DNA of 63,217 nucleotides, counting the filler, from Nemertoderma westbladi (lineage: Eukaryota > Animalia > Xenacoelomorpha), in the NCBI GenBank assembly GCA_032718475.1. It is 4 parts of 4 records of this genome, joined end to end, with 100 filler letters (N's around TTAATTAATTAA, not from the genome) between each part and the next. Parts side by side here need not be neighbours in the genome. Positions count along the whole stretch, not along the records: positions 37,457 to 56,048 come from JAUCBJ010004517.1; positions 56,149 to 63,217 come from JAUCBJ010005113.1; 2 more parts are not named here. One strand, 5' to 3'. Positions 49,845 to 60,744 of this stretch are shown here, in pieces. The notes under the pieces were generated by a model that saw only the letters and a list, made by a program, of their open reading frames with translations, searched no databases and was not told the DNA's origin. Positions within the stretch are counted from its first letter, which is position 1; the number at the start of each line of letters is the position of its first letter. The position numbers were made by a program, and so were the translations under genes.

Positions 49845-50661
49845 GTTGGTTTGAGTTGTGTTTTAATTTGGATATTTAATATCTTTTATCTATTACAGTA
49901 TTAATATCTTATAAATCTTATAAATTTCCACTTTATAGGATTACAATGCACGGCGGCGTTCTAAAATAGAAAAAACCCTTATGCAACGGGGACTGACAGA
50001 CTGAATCGTACATCTATTATAGAAAGCCTAATTTTAATTATATTACAAATACCCAACAGAATGTCTATCTCAGATATTAGGACGCCAGGCGCAGTGTCTA
50101 ACCAACAGCTCAGTGCATTCTAACGGATCTCGCAGCTGTTTTAACTAAAACTAATACATTATTCGAGTTTACGGAACAATGTTTGGCATTGGCGGTTGTT
50201 TGTTGTTTTTTGTTTATGTCGTTTTTTGTTTGTATTGTTTGTGGTTTTTGATGGCCCTAAGTGGCTGAGTACTATTTTGGGCGTTAATGTCCTGATTCTA
50301 TGTTTTTTGTTAGTTTGTGGGGTGTACGACTCGCGGTTTTACCTGTTTATTTTTTATATATATACAACAAGCCCCCTGGCCCCTGTTAGTCAGTATGTCG
50401 CGTGCGACCTTTAATTGTCAAAACAAAGTGGGGGGGGGGGGGGGCTGTTAATCAGCAAAAACTAATCCAACTGCAGAGAAAAATCGACACAAATAACATT
50501 ATATTGCGAGCAGTGTTGATGCTTTTAACCGATTTCTATACATCGTTTATTGTTTTGGTTTGAATATCCTCCCACTGTAACCTTCTCCTTCCCCTTGATT
50601 GATTATCCCCCTTCCCCTTTCCCGTATCGAGAATTAACAGATCTCTTAATCTCCTCTGTAG

Positions 50662-53331
50662 GTCCACGGACTCCCAAAGGTCATGGGAGTTCTAACCCAT
50701 CTAGATTCCTTCAAAGATAACAAAGCATTAAAGAACACGAAGAAACGACTGAAGCATCGATTCTGGACGGAGATTTACGCGGGAGCCAAACTCTTCTACC
50801 TCAGTAAGTTCGTCCACGGTTCATACCTCAACAACGAGGTCCACAACCTGGCGAGATTCGTGTCCGTCATTAAGTTCCACCCGCTGTCCTGGAGACAGAC
50901 CCACTCGTACCTGCTAGCCGATCGTATGGAAGACGTTACCCCACGCAGCGGGCCGGACGTTACCCCACGGGGCAGCCCCGACGCGTCCGTCTGTCTCTAC
51001 GGCTACCTCCGAGGCACGCCCCTCCCTCGCGACAGCTGGGTCCACGTGGCCGGACTCGGGGACTTCCCCGTCGCCGAGGTAACCTCCCTCCCCGACCCCT
51101 GTCCGCTCCCCGGGGAGCAGAAGAAACGGGCGCTGAGTTTCCGGGAGCGAGTGATCTACGCGCCGTTCTCGGGACTCGGGGGGGTCGTCTACGATAAGGA
51201 CGCGGTCTACATCGAGTTGGGGGGGAGTCACTCCCACCGCGGGGAGCGGGAGAGCGTGGACGGGGAGTTGGACAGACTGCTGGACAGACAGGAGGATAGC
51301 GATATGAAGCTGTCCATGGCGGGGGCCGTAGCGACTATGGACAAGAAGATGGCGGCAACGGGACTGCAGATATTCGCTAACGGTAAAATCATTCAGCAAG
51401 GTCATTTGGAGGAGGAAGTGGCAGATTCTGATGAATCTAATGAGGATGTTAACGAGGATGTTGACGAGGATTCCTCGGATGACGTTGTCAGCGACGATGA
51501 CGTCGATTCGGTTCCGTTCCGACTCCGCAACTCGCCGCCTCCGACGGATTGGAGGGATAAATTCTCGAGTAAATCGTCGCGTAAACCGTCCGGGGTAACG
51601 GCCGCCGGATTAACGCGGTTGATTTACGGGGATTCCCAACTCGTCGAGGACAACGAAGACGAGGTCAACGCGGTCGGTGGTTTGTTTAGGGTGGCCAGAC
51701 GACCGGTCGAGGGGCTGGATAGCTCAGGATTCCCGTATCGGGATCGCGATCGGTCGGATCTCGGGGCCGCGGGTTGCTTCGTGGCCGCGGGTTGGGGGGA
51801 GGATGACGCCGAGATGAGGTTGAAGGAGGACGCGGAGGATAGCGACGAGGTTATGGGGGATTTCGAGGATCTAGAAACCGGGGAAGTTCACGAAGCGGTC
51901 GACGAAGAAGAGGATGAGAGAGCAAAGAGGTTGAAGAAGAAACTGGAGTTAAAGGAAGATTTCGATAAGAATTACGACAACCGCGGGGATCCCGATAGTA
52001 AGTTCTACGATGAGCTCAAAGCGGATGTGGAGGAGCAGACACGGCGGAATCGGGATGCGTTTATCGGGGTGGACGAGTCGCTGCGGGTCGAGTTGGAGGG
52101 GTTCCGGGCGGGGCTGTACGTCCGACTGGAGCTGCGGGGGGTCCCGTCCGAGTTCGTGCGGCATTGGGAGGGCGGCTGGCCGGTGGTGGTGGGGGAGCTG
52201 CCGGTGGGGGAGCGATCCGGCTCCTTGGGGGTCGTGCACGCCCGGGTGAAGCTGCACCGCTGGTACGCGCGTCGCACGCTGCGCTCCCGGGACCCGGTGA
52301 TCGTGTCCCTCGGTTGGCGTCGCTTCCAGACCATCCCGCTCTACTACACGGTGGACCACAACGGTCGCAACCGGATGCTCAAGTACACGCCGCAGCACCT
52401 GCACTGCCACGCCGCACTCACCGCGCCACTGACGCCACCCGGGGCGGGTGTCCTAGTGACCCAGCCGGTGCCCTGGAACCAACGGAACTTCCGTATCGCA
52501 GCAACCGGAGTTATTCTGGAACAAAATAAAACAGTCGATGTCGTTAAAAAGTTGAAATTAACTGGAGTTCCCTTTAAAATATTTAAGAACACGGCGTTTA
52601 TTAAGGGAATGTTTAATTCGTCGCTGGAAGTGGCGCGTTTCCAAGGCGCCGTTATTAAAAGCGTGAGTGGGTTGCGCGGGCAGATAAAGCGCGCGGTTCG
52701 CGCGCCGGACGGCGCGTTTAGAGCGACGTTCGAAGATAAACTCGTCCTGAGCGATATCGTCTTCGTTACCACGTGGTTCCAGGTAGAGTTGCCCTCGTTG
52801 TACCTCGTCGTCGCCAGTCTGTGTCTCCCGGCCGGAGAGAAGGGCGACTGGAAGGGGATGCGGACGGTTGGGGAGTTGCGGGGGGAGAAGGGAGCGGCTC
52901 CCGTCGATCGGAACTCGTGGTACAGGCCGGTGGAGCGGGTCGTCCCGAAGTTCCCGCCCCTTCGGATACCGAAACAGTTGGATAAAAGTCTTCCTTACCG
53001 GAGTAAAGCAAAGCAGTTAAAACGCAAAGAGAAGAATGTGGATTCCTTGAAGGCCGTGGTCAGAGAACCCAAAGATAGAAGCATAAACAGACTGCTGAGC
53101 GCGCTGGGTTCCATAACAACTAACAAAGACATTAAAGTAGAAAATAAACAAGCAATAAAAGACAAAATATACAAGAAGAACAAAGAAAGGATTGAAAATA
53201 AATCGCTGCGGAAATACAAAGCCAGACGGAAGAGTTTGTTTAAAGTTCTCGGACAGATGGAGAACGCGGAGAAACAGAGGCTAAATCGAGAAACTTCCGG
53301 TTCGCGTGGTAAAGGTGCAAGGCGGAAGTAG
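50662..53331 (+). CDS. BMS1: BMS1, exon 2
   Basis: Acceptor ctgtag|GTC. VHGLPKVMGVLTHLD, LKHRFWTEIYAGAKLFYLS, LPDPCPLP, GWRRFQT, RMLKYTP, KKLKLTG. Spliced protein is 1071 aa. Confidence 0.96.
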   Translation, partial: VHGLPKVMGVLTHLDSFKDNKALKNTKKRLKHRFWTEIYAGAKLFYLSKFVHGSYLNNEVHNLARFVSVIKFHPLSWRQTHSYLLADRMEDVTPRSGPDVTPRGSPDASVCLYGYLRGTPLPRDSWVHVAGLGDFPVAEVTSLPDPCPLPGEQKKRALSFRERVIYAPFSGLGGVVYDKDAVYIELGGSHSHRGERESVDGELDRLLDRQEDSDMKLSMAGAVATMDKKMAATGLQIFANGKIIQQGHLEEEVADSDESNEDVNEDVDEDSSDDVVSDDDVDSVPFRLRNSPPPTDWRDKFSSKSSRKPSGVTAAGLTRLIYGDSQLVEDNEDEVNAVGGLFRVARRPVEGLDSSGFPYRDRDRSDLGAAGCFVAAGWGEDDAEMRLKEDAEDSDEVMGDFEDLETGEVHEAVDEEEDERAKRLKKKLELKEDFDKNYDNRGDPDSKFYDELKADVEEQTRRNRDAFIGVDESLRVELEGFRAGLYVRLELRGVPSEFVRHWEGGWPVVVGELPVGERSGSLGVVHARVKLHRWYARRTLRSRDPVIVSLGWRRFQTIPLYYTVDHNGRNRMLKYTPQHLHCHAALTAPLTPPGAGVLVTQPVPWNQRNFRIAATGVILEQNKTVDVVKKLKLTGVPFKIFKNTAFIKGMFNSSLEVARFQGAVIKSVSGLRGQIKRAVRAPDGAFRATFEDKLVLSDIVFVTTWFQVELPSLYLVVASLCLPAGEKGDWKGMRTVGELRGEKGAAPVDRNSWYRPVERVVPKFPPLRIPKQLDKSLPYRSKAKQLKRKEKNVDSLKAVVREPKDRSINRLLSALGSITTNKDIKVENKQAIKDKIYKKNKERIENKSLRKYKARRKSLFKVLGQMENAEKQRLNRETSGSRGKGARRK

Positions 53332-53470
53332 GATTACGTCAGTCAATATTATTCGTCTTTTAAGAGCAGTAAATTAAAAATGGGAGAAATTGTAATAATT
53401 TCGTAAATGTGTTGTTACTAAGTATAATAATAAATGATCCATCAATAGAGTTATATAACCTTTAAAATTT

Positions 53471-53920
53471 TTATAACAGAGTTTCATACGGGGTTACTTC
53501 TTCCTTTATGGGGACTCCATCGGAAATCGACTCATTTGTACTCGACACATTTGAAATCGACTTATTTTCAGTATCTGTATCATCTGAAACTCCCAATTTC
53601 TGCAGCCAATCCTGTTGTGTTTCATAATCTTCGAAGTAATAACATTTGCCAGGGACATTAGGTCTGGCAACTGTTGGGTTGGGATATACCCGTATCCCAC
53701 ATCTATCGTCACCTGATGAATGGATTGCTTCGAATTTGTACGCACTTAATGAGTACGTTTTCATCTTTTCTATCTCACGAGGTTTGGTTACATCTTGGTA
53801 TTTGAACATAAATATCCTGAATTCTGGACTGGGGAGTCCAAAAGTATCCAATTCTGCCCAGAAGTGTTTCTTCCTTTTGTTTCTTTGGGACTTATATATT
53901 ACACCTTCTATTGCAATGTT
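53471..53920 (-). CDS. Terminal exon encoding a PH-like domain (possibly an FGD-family C-terminal PH)
   Basis: Acceptor cttttag|AAC. IEGVIYKSQRNKRKKHFWAEL...IFMFKYQDV...YYFEDYETQQDWLQKL fits the PH beta1/beta2 strands and the C-terminal Trp helix. Convergent with BMS1. Confidence 0.65.
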   Translation of the reverse strand, partial: NIAIEGVIYKSQRNKRKKHFWAELDTFGLPSPEFRIFMFKYQDVTKPREIEKMKTYSLSAYKFEAIHSSGDDRCGIRVYPNPTVARPNVPGKCYYFEDYETQQDWLQKLGVSDDTDTENKSISNVSSTNESISDGVPIKEEVTPYETLL

Positions 53921-54315
53921 CTAAAAGTTAAATTAGTTATGCAGTTTTATTAGTTTACATTGATTAATATAACATTGTTGTAATCAATTTTGTAAGCCCT
54001 CGTGGGCATACCCCCAAGGGAAACTTTTGTTTTAAAAACACTTATAAACACCTTAGAAAAACCCTAGTTATCTTATAATAACACCAGCTACCAAATAAAA
54101 TGTACTACCTACCATTAAACCGAATGTCAGCCAACCATAGTAAACAAATACCAAATAAAGGCTTTGGAATGATCTAATTGATGATTCATCAAAGTTATTC
54201 AAAAATGGTCACACAAGCTATAGTAGTGCCCTCTCGTGATGCTGATTTTAGTTGCTGTATTACAAATTCATTCAACATAATTCTTTCCACTCAATATCCA
54301 TCCAAAACGGCGCAG

Positions 54316-54410
54316 TGGCTGTACGGCTAATGTCGCGTTACGGCTAATTTTCAGATTAGCCGTAACGCGACTTTGAAAGTCGCGTTACGGCTAATTGTCG
54401 CGTTACGGCT
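54316..54410. repeat. Alternating inverted 17-bp repeats GTCGCGTTACGGCTAAT
   Basis: Forward, reverse, forward, forward copies. Resembles a transposon terminus. Confidence 0.75.
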
Positions 54411-55326
54411 TATCTATTGTCTTGGTTTTACATAAAGAATCATTATCAATATTATTCTATGGTGTTTACTGTATGATTATTTATTGATTTAATATAAAAT
54501 AGTGTATAAATATGTAATATTCCCTCACGCAGCCTGAACTTTGCCTATGGTAGCGAATAGGGAAGGATTTTCCCTGTATCATAGCAACGTTGTATAATTA
54601 TTTAACTCTGGCTAGCTGGGAAGCAAGCTGGTCGGAGTGTTGAGTGTGTCTCAGTAAATCCAATGGTTGGGGTGGGTTGTCTATTGAGAACCCCGAACTG
54701 GTCATGGCATTAATTCTGCTTTCTCCAAGGCTGCATGGAGGGTGGGAGGGGTTTACATATTGATTGCGATTGATATTTGATTGGGGATTAGATTATCATT
54801 TAGTTTTTCGGTTTTGTTGTCTTATAGACGGTCTTCTTATAGCCAGCTTGCTGGCTTTCTAGTAGGTATATTGGTCGAAAGTATAATCAGTATATTGCCG
54901 AAATATTGCACTTTGAATTTATCATTATTTTAATCAAATCAAAAGTATCTAAAACTAAAGCTTTTGAATTAGCCAGTCATCGCCCGCGTATGGCATTTGG
55001 TTCAGTGGTGGTGTGGGTTGGAATGGTTCGGCCGCGACGGGTGGTTCGGGGGTGGAGTGGGTTGGAATGGTTCGGCCGCGAAGGGGTGGTTCACTACACC
55101 AACATGCCAGTCGGGATCACCACCCCCTCCCAATGCAGCTGGACTCTCAACTGGGTGATCGGCGGCTGGAAGGATGGGCCATTGCCTGCTTGTCAGTCCC
55201 CAAACAGAACGCCATATGGTCCAGGTAGCGAGCCAGGCGTTGGTTAACAACATCGATATGAAGTAGTGGAATATGTTCCACAAAAGCATTCATTGCTTCT
55301 TTGGCTGCTATTATTGACTGTAATCG

Positions 55327-56048
55327 GTGGGGCGTCCTCCAAGGAGACACACTTGCACCATTCTTGTTCATTATTGTGGTTGACTATGTTCTACGCATGT
55401 CCTTAGATCATCATAATGATGATGGGGTGATGATTAACTCCACCTACTGGCTCCAGAAGTCGAGGAAATCCTGCCAAGTACCTAACTGATCTAGACTTTG
55501 CTGATGACTTAGGAGTACTCTCAGAATCATTAGAGGGAGCCCAGCGGCTCCTCAGCTCATTAGAACATGCTGCTTCTAGTGTTGGTCTTTTTATTAACTC
55601 CAGAAAGACCAAAATTCTGACAGTTAACTTTGAAAGTCCTCAGCAAGTCTCTGATCGGATGAGCATAAGCTCAAAGGATGGTATGCTTGAGCATGTGGAT
55701 GACTTCTGTTACCTGGGATCATGGATCCGGAAGTCAGGTGAGGACCTTCGAATACGTAAGGGAAAGGCATGGGCAGCCTTGAATAGGCTTTCCAGGATTT
55801 GGAAGTCACCTAGAATTAATCGGAAACTTAAGGTCCGATTATTTAGAGCAGCAGTAGTTCCAGTACTCCTCTACGGGAGTCCATGCTGGGCTCTAACTGC
55901 TGAGGACACCAAATCTCTGGATGGCACATTCACAAGAATGCTACGCCGGGTACATTGTGTCAAGTACAATGCACACATCTCCAACCAGACACTATATAAC
56001 ATTGGAGGTGTCTCATTGGTTCCCCCAAGCTTGACACTAGAACAAAAT
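55327..56048 (+). mobile_element. RTE-clade LINE copy (same family as 33068), cut by the contig end
   Basis: Near-identical GVLQGDTLAPFLF...DFCYLGSWI...RLFRAAVVPVLLYG. Confidence 0.92.
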
Positions 56049-56148
56049 NNNNNNNNNNNNNNNNNNNNNNNNNNNNNNNNNNNNNNNNNNNNTTAATTAA
56101 TTAANNNNNNNNNNNNNNNNNNNNNNNNNNNNNNNNNNNNNNNNNNNN
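56049..56148. other. Artificial contig spacer
   Basis: N44-TTAATTAATTAA-N44. Confidence 0.97.
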
Positions 56149-56347
56149 GGTCGAATCAATAGATTATTACAGCTTAATTAACTCAACTATTTAATAACAT
56201 GATAAAGAAAGACAATAATTATAATTCAGTTTCTCTCAATTCGTTTCAACATTAATATTATCCGATATATGTGAATCCCTAGTAACTCGAGGAGCGTCCC
56301 TAGCAACGCCCGATGTGTATCTAGCAGCCCTTGGTAACACAACGACC

Positions 56348-59300
56348 CTAGGATAAGTTCCCCTCCCCCCTCCTATATCTGGTACAGCCGCAGCTGATGA
56401 CCGCCCCCTTCCCCCCTCCAACCGCCCGCTTCCCCCCTCCAACCGCCCCCTTCCCCCCCTCCAACCGCCCCCTTCCCCCCTCCAACCGCCCCCTTCCCCC
56501 CTCCAACTGGCCCCTTCCCCTCGCCCATCCTCTGGTCCTTCCCCCGCGTTCCACCGGCCTTCCCCCTCTCTCAGCCTGCCTTCCCCCCCTCTCCGACGGC
56601 CTTCCCCCCCTCTCCGACGGCCTTCCCCCCCTCTCCGCCGACCTGCCCCCCTCCCCCTTCCCATGTCCGACCCGCCCTTTACCCGGCTTCCTCACCGACG
56701 GATCTACCGACAGTTTATTGGCGGTCGACTGGTCCAGTGCGACCAACGTTGACCCCAAGGCCAACCCGCTCTGGTCCGTCGGGGCCACTCCCTTCCGGCC
56801 GGTCGGTAACCGGATTACGACGCTGACCACAGCCGTCCGCGGGTCAGCGCATTGCTGTACCATCGCCGTGGTCACCCGTTTACGTTCCGGCGTTCTAGAA
56901 CATTCTAGAACGAGGTTGAGTTTACCGAAGGGACGACTCGCCATGTGAACGAGTTCCTCGCGACGAGCGATACGGCGTCGGTAGCCGTGGTAACGCTGTT
57001 TAGCTTTGTAACACATCGCCGCGATCAGCAGCAGAGAGACGAAACAACTGCAGAAGGTAACGAAGAATTGGACCCAGTCGATAGGCGGACCGTGTTGGGC
57101 GAACGATATCGCTATAGTTATCGGAGTAGAGAAGTTGTAGATGTAGAGGAAGAAGGTCGTGTTGTCCGCGTGGAAGTTGAGTTTCTCGTAGAAGAAAGTC
57201 TCTCGGTAGATTTTAAGTCTCGCGGGTTTATCTCGCGGGAGAAAGTTCCCCAATGTGGTGAGCGGAAGTTCCCCGTCGTTCCGCAGGTATGTGATGTTGA
57301 CTCGCGTGTAGTTTGAGTTGCCGAGGAAACCTTCCTTGGTTTCCAACTCGATTAGGAGTTCCAAGTCGACGTAAACCCCGCGAGTCGGAACGGAGAACAC
57401 GTTGATGTTGTTATGGTAGCGGTCGTCCTCGTGTACCAGAGGGAAGGTGTAGTTGTAGTTGATTGACAGGTTGTAGAAGCAGGAGGAGTGCAACGGGACC
57501 AGGTAGTTGGCGTTGTGGTCCGTGTCGCAACGCTCACATTGCACCCCCGCGACACCTTTGGTGCTGCAATGACACCTCCCGCTCAACGAGTTGCACCTCT
57601 CGGCGTTATCGTTGCACCGACATTTGGAGCAGTTCCCCCCGTTCGAGGGGTCCCCGTACATCCCCGGGACGCATCGCGCGCACTGCGGTCCTGTAGTGTG
57701 GTTGTCGCACCGCGCGCAGACGGTCCCGTTCACGCATGTAGAGTGCCCGTTGCACTGACACTGGGGGCACTCGACGAAGTGCCACCGCAGACAGCCGCCG
57801 TCCAGGGGGCCGGCCAGGGAGCCAGGGAGACACCGGCCGGACCCGGTACCGGACCCGTCGTCGCACCAGCCGCACTCGGGCCGCGCGTCGCATCGTTCGC
57901 ATGTCTTCACATCGGCGCACTCGGCGCGCGGACACTCTCCCTGCCCGTAGACCCACTGCCGACACTGCCCGAACATGTAGTAGGCAAGGAAGGCGTCCTT
58001 ATAGATACAGCGGCCCGTGTTGCTGCACCAGAGACAGTTGTCCGCGCTCACAGAGGTGCAGTTCTCGCAGTTGGAGAGACTGGAGCAGGGCCAGTAGCAC
58101 CGGGGTTCTGGGGTTACCGACTCGTTGGTTAGCCGACGGAGGACCTCCCGGTCGCTCACCGAGCCGCCTGAGATCATCGGCTCGGCGGCGGCGGCAGGCG
58201 ACCCTCCCGCAGCCACAGAGTCCGCGTCCACGCAGCCCGATGACCCCCACACGCACTGGGGGTCCTCGCCGCACGCCGAACACGTGTAGAACCGGGCGCA
58301 ATGCGAGTCGCTCCCGGGGTCCGCGCACCGTTCCGATTGACACCCCTCTGAGGTGCACCTACCGCCGCACCACGCACACCTATCGTCCTGACACTCGAGG
58401 CAACTCATCCGCAGGGAGCAGCGGCTCTCCGCCTCGCTCCGCTCTATCGGACAGCCACTCAGCACCTCCCGACACCCGCGCTCCCACCTGCAGTGCAACC
58501 CCCACTCCCACGACCTCACACACTCCCCCTCCCGCAGCACCTCGCACTCTCCCAACTCCGTCACCAACGCATCCCCCAGCACCTCCCCGTTGAACCCCCC
58601 GATGTGGTACACCAGATCCCTCCCGTCGTCCCGGTGTAGCAGCGTTGACGCGTGCGAGAACCGCGCGATATTCGGCCGGACAGTGTCCGGGACAGGGAGC
58701 TGCACCCACCGGTCGCATAGCAGCGAGTAGGTCTGCACGCGGTCGGGGTAGCACGTCGGGGCCGCTTCCGCGTCGTTGGTTCCACCGAACACGTAGAGGA
58801 ATCCGGCCCGCAGCACCACGGAGTGGCGCAGCTGCTGGGAGCCGGAGGGGGCCAGGTTCCTCCAGGAGTCGGTCCGAGGGTCGTAGAGTAGCAGCGCGTC
58901 GCTGGGATGGGTCGCTGCCACGGAGCCGTCCCGATCCGCTCGGGAGGGTCGCTGGCCGCCGTAGACATAGAGGAGTCCGTCGCTGTAGGTCGCGGTGTGT
59001 CCGTAGAGAACGGGGACCAGGGACAGCGGCTGGGACACCGGGGCCACGGTCCACAGTCCTGATAACAGATCGAACCGCTGCACGAAAGGGGAGAAACCGA
59101 AGGTGGGAGAGTAGCCGAAGAGTACGAGGATGGTAGCGGGATCAACCAGGGTCGCAGTGTGGCCGGTAACAGCGATGGGTTGATCGGTGAGGTAGGGACC
59201 CGTCGATGGCTCCGTACCAACCGATGGGTCGACCTCTGGGTCCGTACCAACCGATGGGTCCACCTCTGGGTCTGTACCAACCCCCGCCCCCACCACTGGG

Positions 59301-60535
59301 TCCGTACCAACCCCCGCACCCACCTCTGGGTCCGTACCAACCCCCGCACCCAGACTCACCTCACCCCCCACCAACCCCCACTTCGACGCATCCACGTCGT
59401 ACACTATCAACTCATCCACGATGTCTCCCCTCCAGGTTGTCCCCCCGTACACGTAGATCGAGGCACCCCGGACGACCGCAGCGTGGCCATAGCGGTTGGT
59501 CGGTTGGTACTCGTCGGCCGGGTGTCTACGGAGCGTCCAACTGGCGTCCGGGGTCGCTGTGTCCAGGGTCTGCACGAGTATTGGACCCCCAGCGGACCGA
59601 GACGAGTCCCCGAAGGTGTAGCCACCAATCGCGTAGATCCGAGACCCGATTACAGCGACGGCGTGGCCGGCGACCGGGATAACGAGAGAGCCACGAAGGT
59701 AGCGCCATACAGGAATCGGGGAGAGTGTCACAGCCGTCGCAGTGCGGAGGGGCCGAGATGAGCAGTCGACGTCTCCGAACCCCGGAGAGCAATCACACAG
59801 ACCGCTGGTGTCGTTGCGACAACGACCCTGGCCGCTACCGAAGTTGCAGTCCGCCGGGCAGTGAGTCCGGTCGCAGTCTGCTCCAATCCAGGGCGTGTCG
59901 CATACACAACGGCCGTCAGACGCGCAGACACCACGTCGCGAGCAATCATTGGCGCATAGAACGTGTACGGCACTACGGGAGTACCTCATGGAGAAACCGG
60001 TTTTGTTGATGCGAAGGTCGCTGGTGAAGTGAATGAAAGCGGTTCCAGAGGGGAGAGAAAAGCGTTTAGGGGGGTCGGTGGATCGAACGAGATGGCCGCT
60101 GAGTGCGGCGACCTTGGGGTCGAACACCGAGTCACCGCTGTAGATGTAGAGGTAGTCCCAACCGCATTCGGTGTGGAACTCAGTGAGTTCCAGTTGGAGT
60201 GGTTCCGGGTTGGAACTCCGGTTGGTTATTATCCAAGTGCAGGCGCTGGCTCCCTGGTATACCGTGGGCCCATCCGAGATGAGGCCCTTTGTCGCGTTGA
60301 GTACGACCCGGCCGGTACATTGCTCACATCGCCAACCCTTCCACCCCGGGTTGCAATCACACTCTCCCGTCGACTGACACTCTCCGTGGAAACAACTGCA
60401 ACGGGAAAGCGAACAGGAATGAGTTTTACAGTTGATTATTGGAGTGTCGCCAGATGATTTACAATAACTAACTTCAGTTAAAACAGCAAATAGAATAGCA
60501 GACAAGGGCGTTAACATAAGATGGTATCGTATCAT
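56348..60535 (-). CDS. ATRN: Attractin/attractin-like membrane protein, single-exon ORF (1395 aa)
   Basis: Signal peptide, EGF, CUB (TECGWDYLYIYSGDSVFDP), EGF, kelch repeats, PSI, laminin-EGF (CQCNGHSTC), TM (QFFVTFCSCFVSLLLIA) and the cytoplasmic MASRPF motif. Confidence 0.94.
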   Translation of the reverse strand: MIRYHLMLTPLSAILFAVLTEVSYCKSSGDTPIINCKTHSCSLSRCSCFHGECQSTGECDCNPGWKGWRCEQCTGRVVLNATKGLISDGPTVYQGASACTWIITNRSSNPEPLQLELTEFHTECGWDYLYIYSGDSVFDPKVAALSGHLVRSTDPPKRFSLPSGTAFIHFTSDLRINKTGFSMRYSRSAVHVLCANDCSRRGVCASDGRCVCDTPWIGADCDRTHCPADCNFGSGQGRCRNDTSGLCDCSPGFGDVDCSSRPLRTATAVTLSPIPVWRYLRGSLVIPVAGHAVAVIGSRIYAIGGYTFGDSSRSAGGPILVQTLDTATPDASWTLRRHPADEYQPTNRYGHAAVVRGASIYVYGGTTWRGDIVDELIVYDVDASKWGLVGGEVSLGAGVGTDPEVGAGVGTDPVVGAGVGTDPEVDPSVGTDPEVDPSVGTEPSTGPYLTDQPIAVTGHTATLVDPATILVLFGYSPTFGFSPFVQRFDLLSGLWTVAPVSQPLSLVPVLYGHTATYSDGLLYVYGGQRPSRADRDGSVAATHPSDALLLYDPRTDSWRNLAPSGSQQLRHSVVLRAGFLYVFGGTNDAEAAPTCYPDRVQTYSLLCDRWVQLPVPDTVRPNIARFSHASTLLHRDDGRDLVYHIGGFNGEVLGDALVTELGECEVLREGECVRSWEWGLHCRWERGCREVLSGCPIERSEAESRCSLRMSCLECQDDRCAWCGGRCTSEGCQSERCADPGSDSHCARFYTCSACGEDPQCVWGSSGCVDADSVAAGGSPAAAAEPMISGGSVSDREVLRRLTNESVTPEPRCYWPCSSLSNCENCTSVSADNCLWCSNTGRCIYKDAFLAYYMFGQCRQWVYGQGECPRAECADVKTCERCDARPECGWCDDGSGTGSGRCLPGSLAGPLDGGCLRWHFVECPQCQCNGHSTCVNGTVCARCDNHTTGPQCARCVPGMYGDPSNGGNCSKCRCNDNAERCNSLSGRCHCSTKGVAGVQCERCDTDHNANYLVPLHSSCFYNLSINYNYTFPLVHEDDRYHNNINVFSVPTRGVYVDLELLIELETKEGFLGNSNYTRVNITYLRNDGELPLTTLGNFLPRDKPARLKIYRETFFYEKLNFHADNTTFFLYIYNFSTPITIAISFAQHGPPIDWVQFFVTFCSCFVSLLLIAAMCYKAKQRYHGYRRRIARREELVHMASRPFGKLNLVLECSRTPERKRVTTAMVQQCADPRTAVVSVVIRLPTGRKGVAPTDQSGLALGSTLVALDQSTANKLSVDPSVRKPGKGRVGHGKGEGGRSAERGGRPSERGGRPSERGGRQAERGGRPVERGGRTRGWARGRGQLEGGRGRLEGGRGRLEGGKGAVGGGKRAVGGGKGAVISCGCTRYRRGEGNLS

Positions 60536-60744
60536 CGTAGATTCATTGCAAACAAATGTGAGGATTGTAGAACAATTACTAAATTAGGTACCGGTAGTAA
60601 TTATATCATATATAGGCATTGCATCATATTCATAAATAATTAATATCACAAAACTTAGTATGCCAACCGGACCGGTATTATTGAGCGCCTATTGTATGTT
60701 ATATAACCATATAAAATGGATAGGCCTATATAAGAAATTGACGA

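Noticed and set aside
56945-60457. Numerous overlapping and antisense ORFs in attractin (likewise in BMS1 and DDX23)
   Set aside because: Expected shadow ORFs of GC-rich coding sequence, with no recognisable domains.
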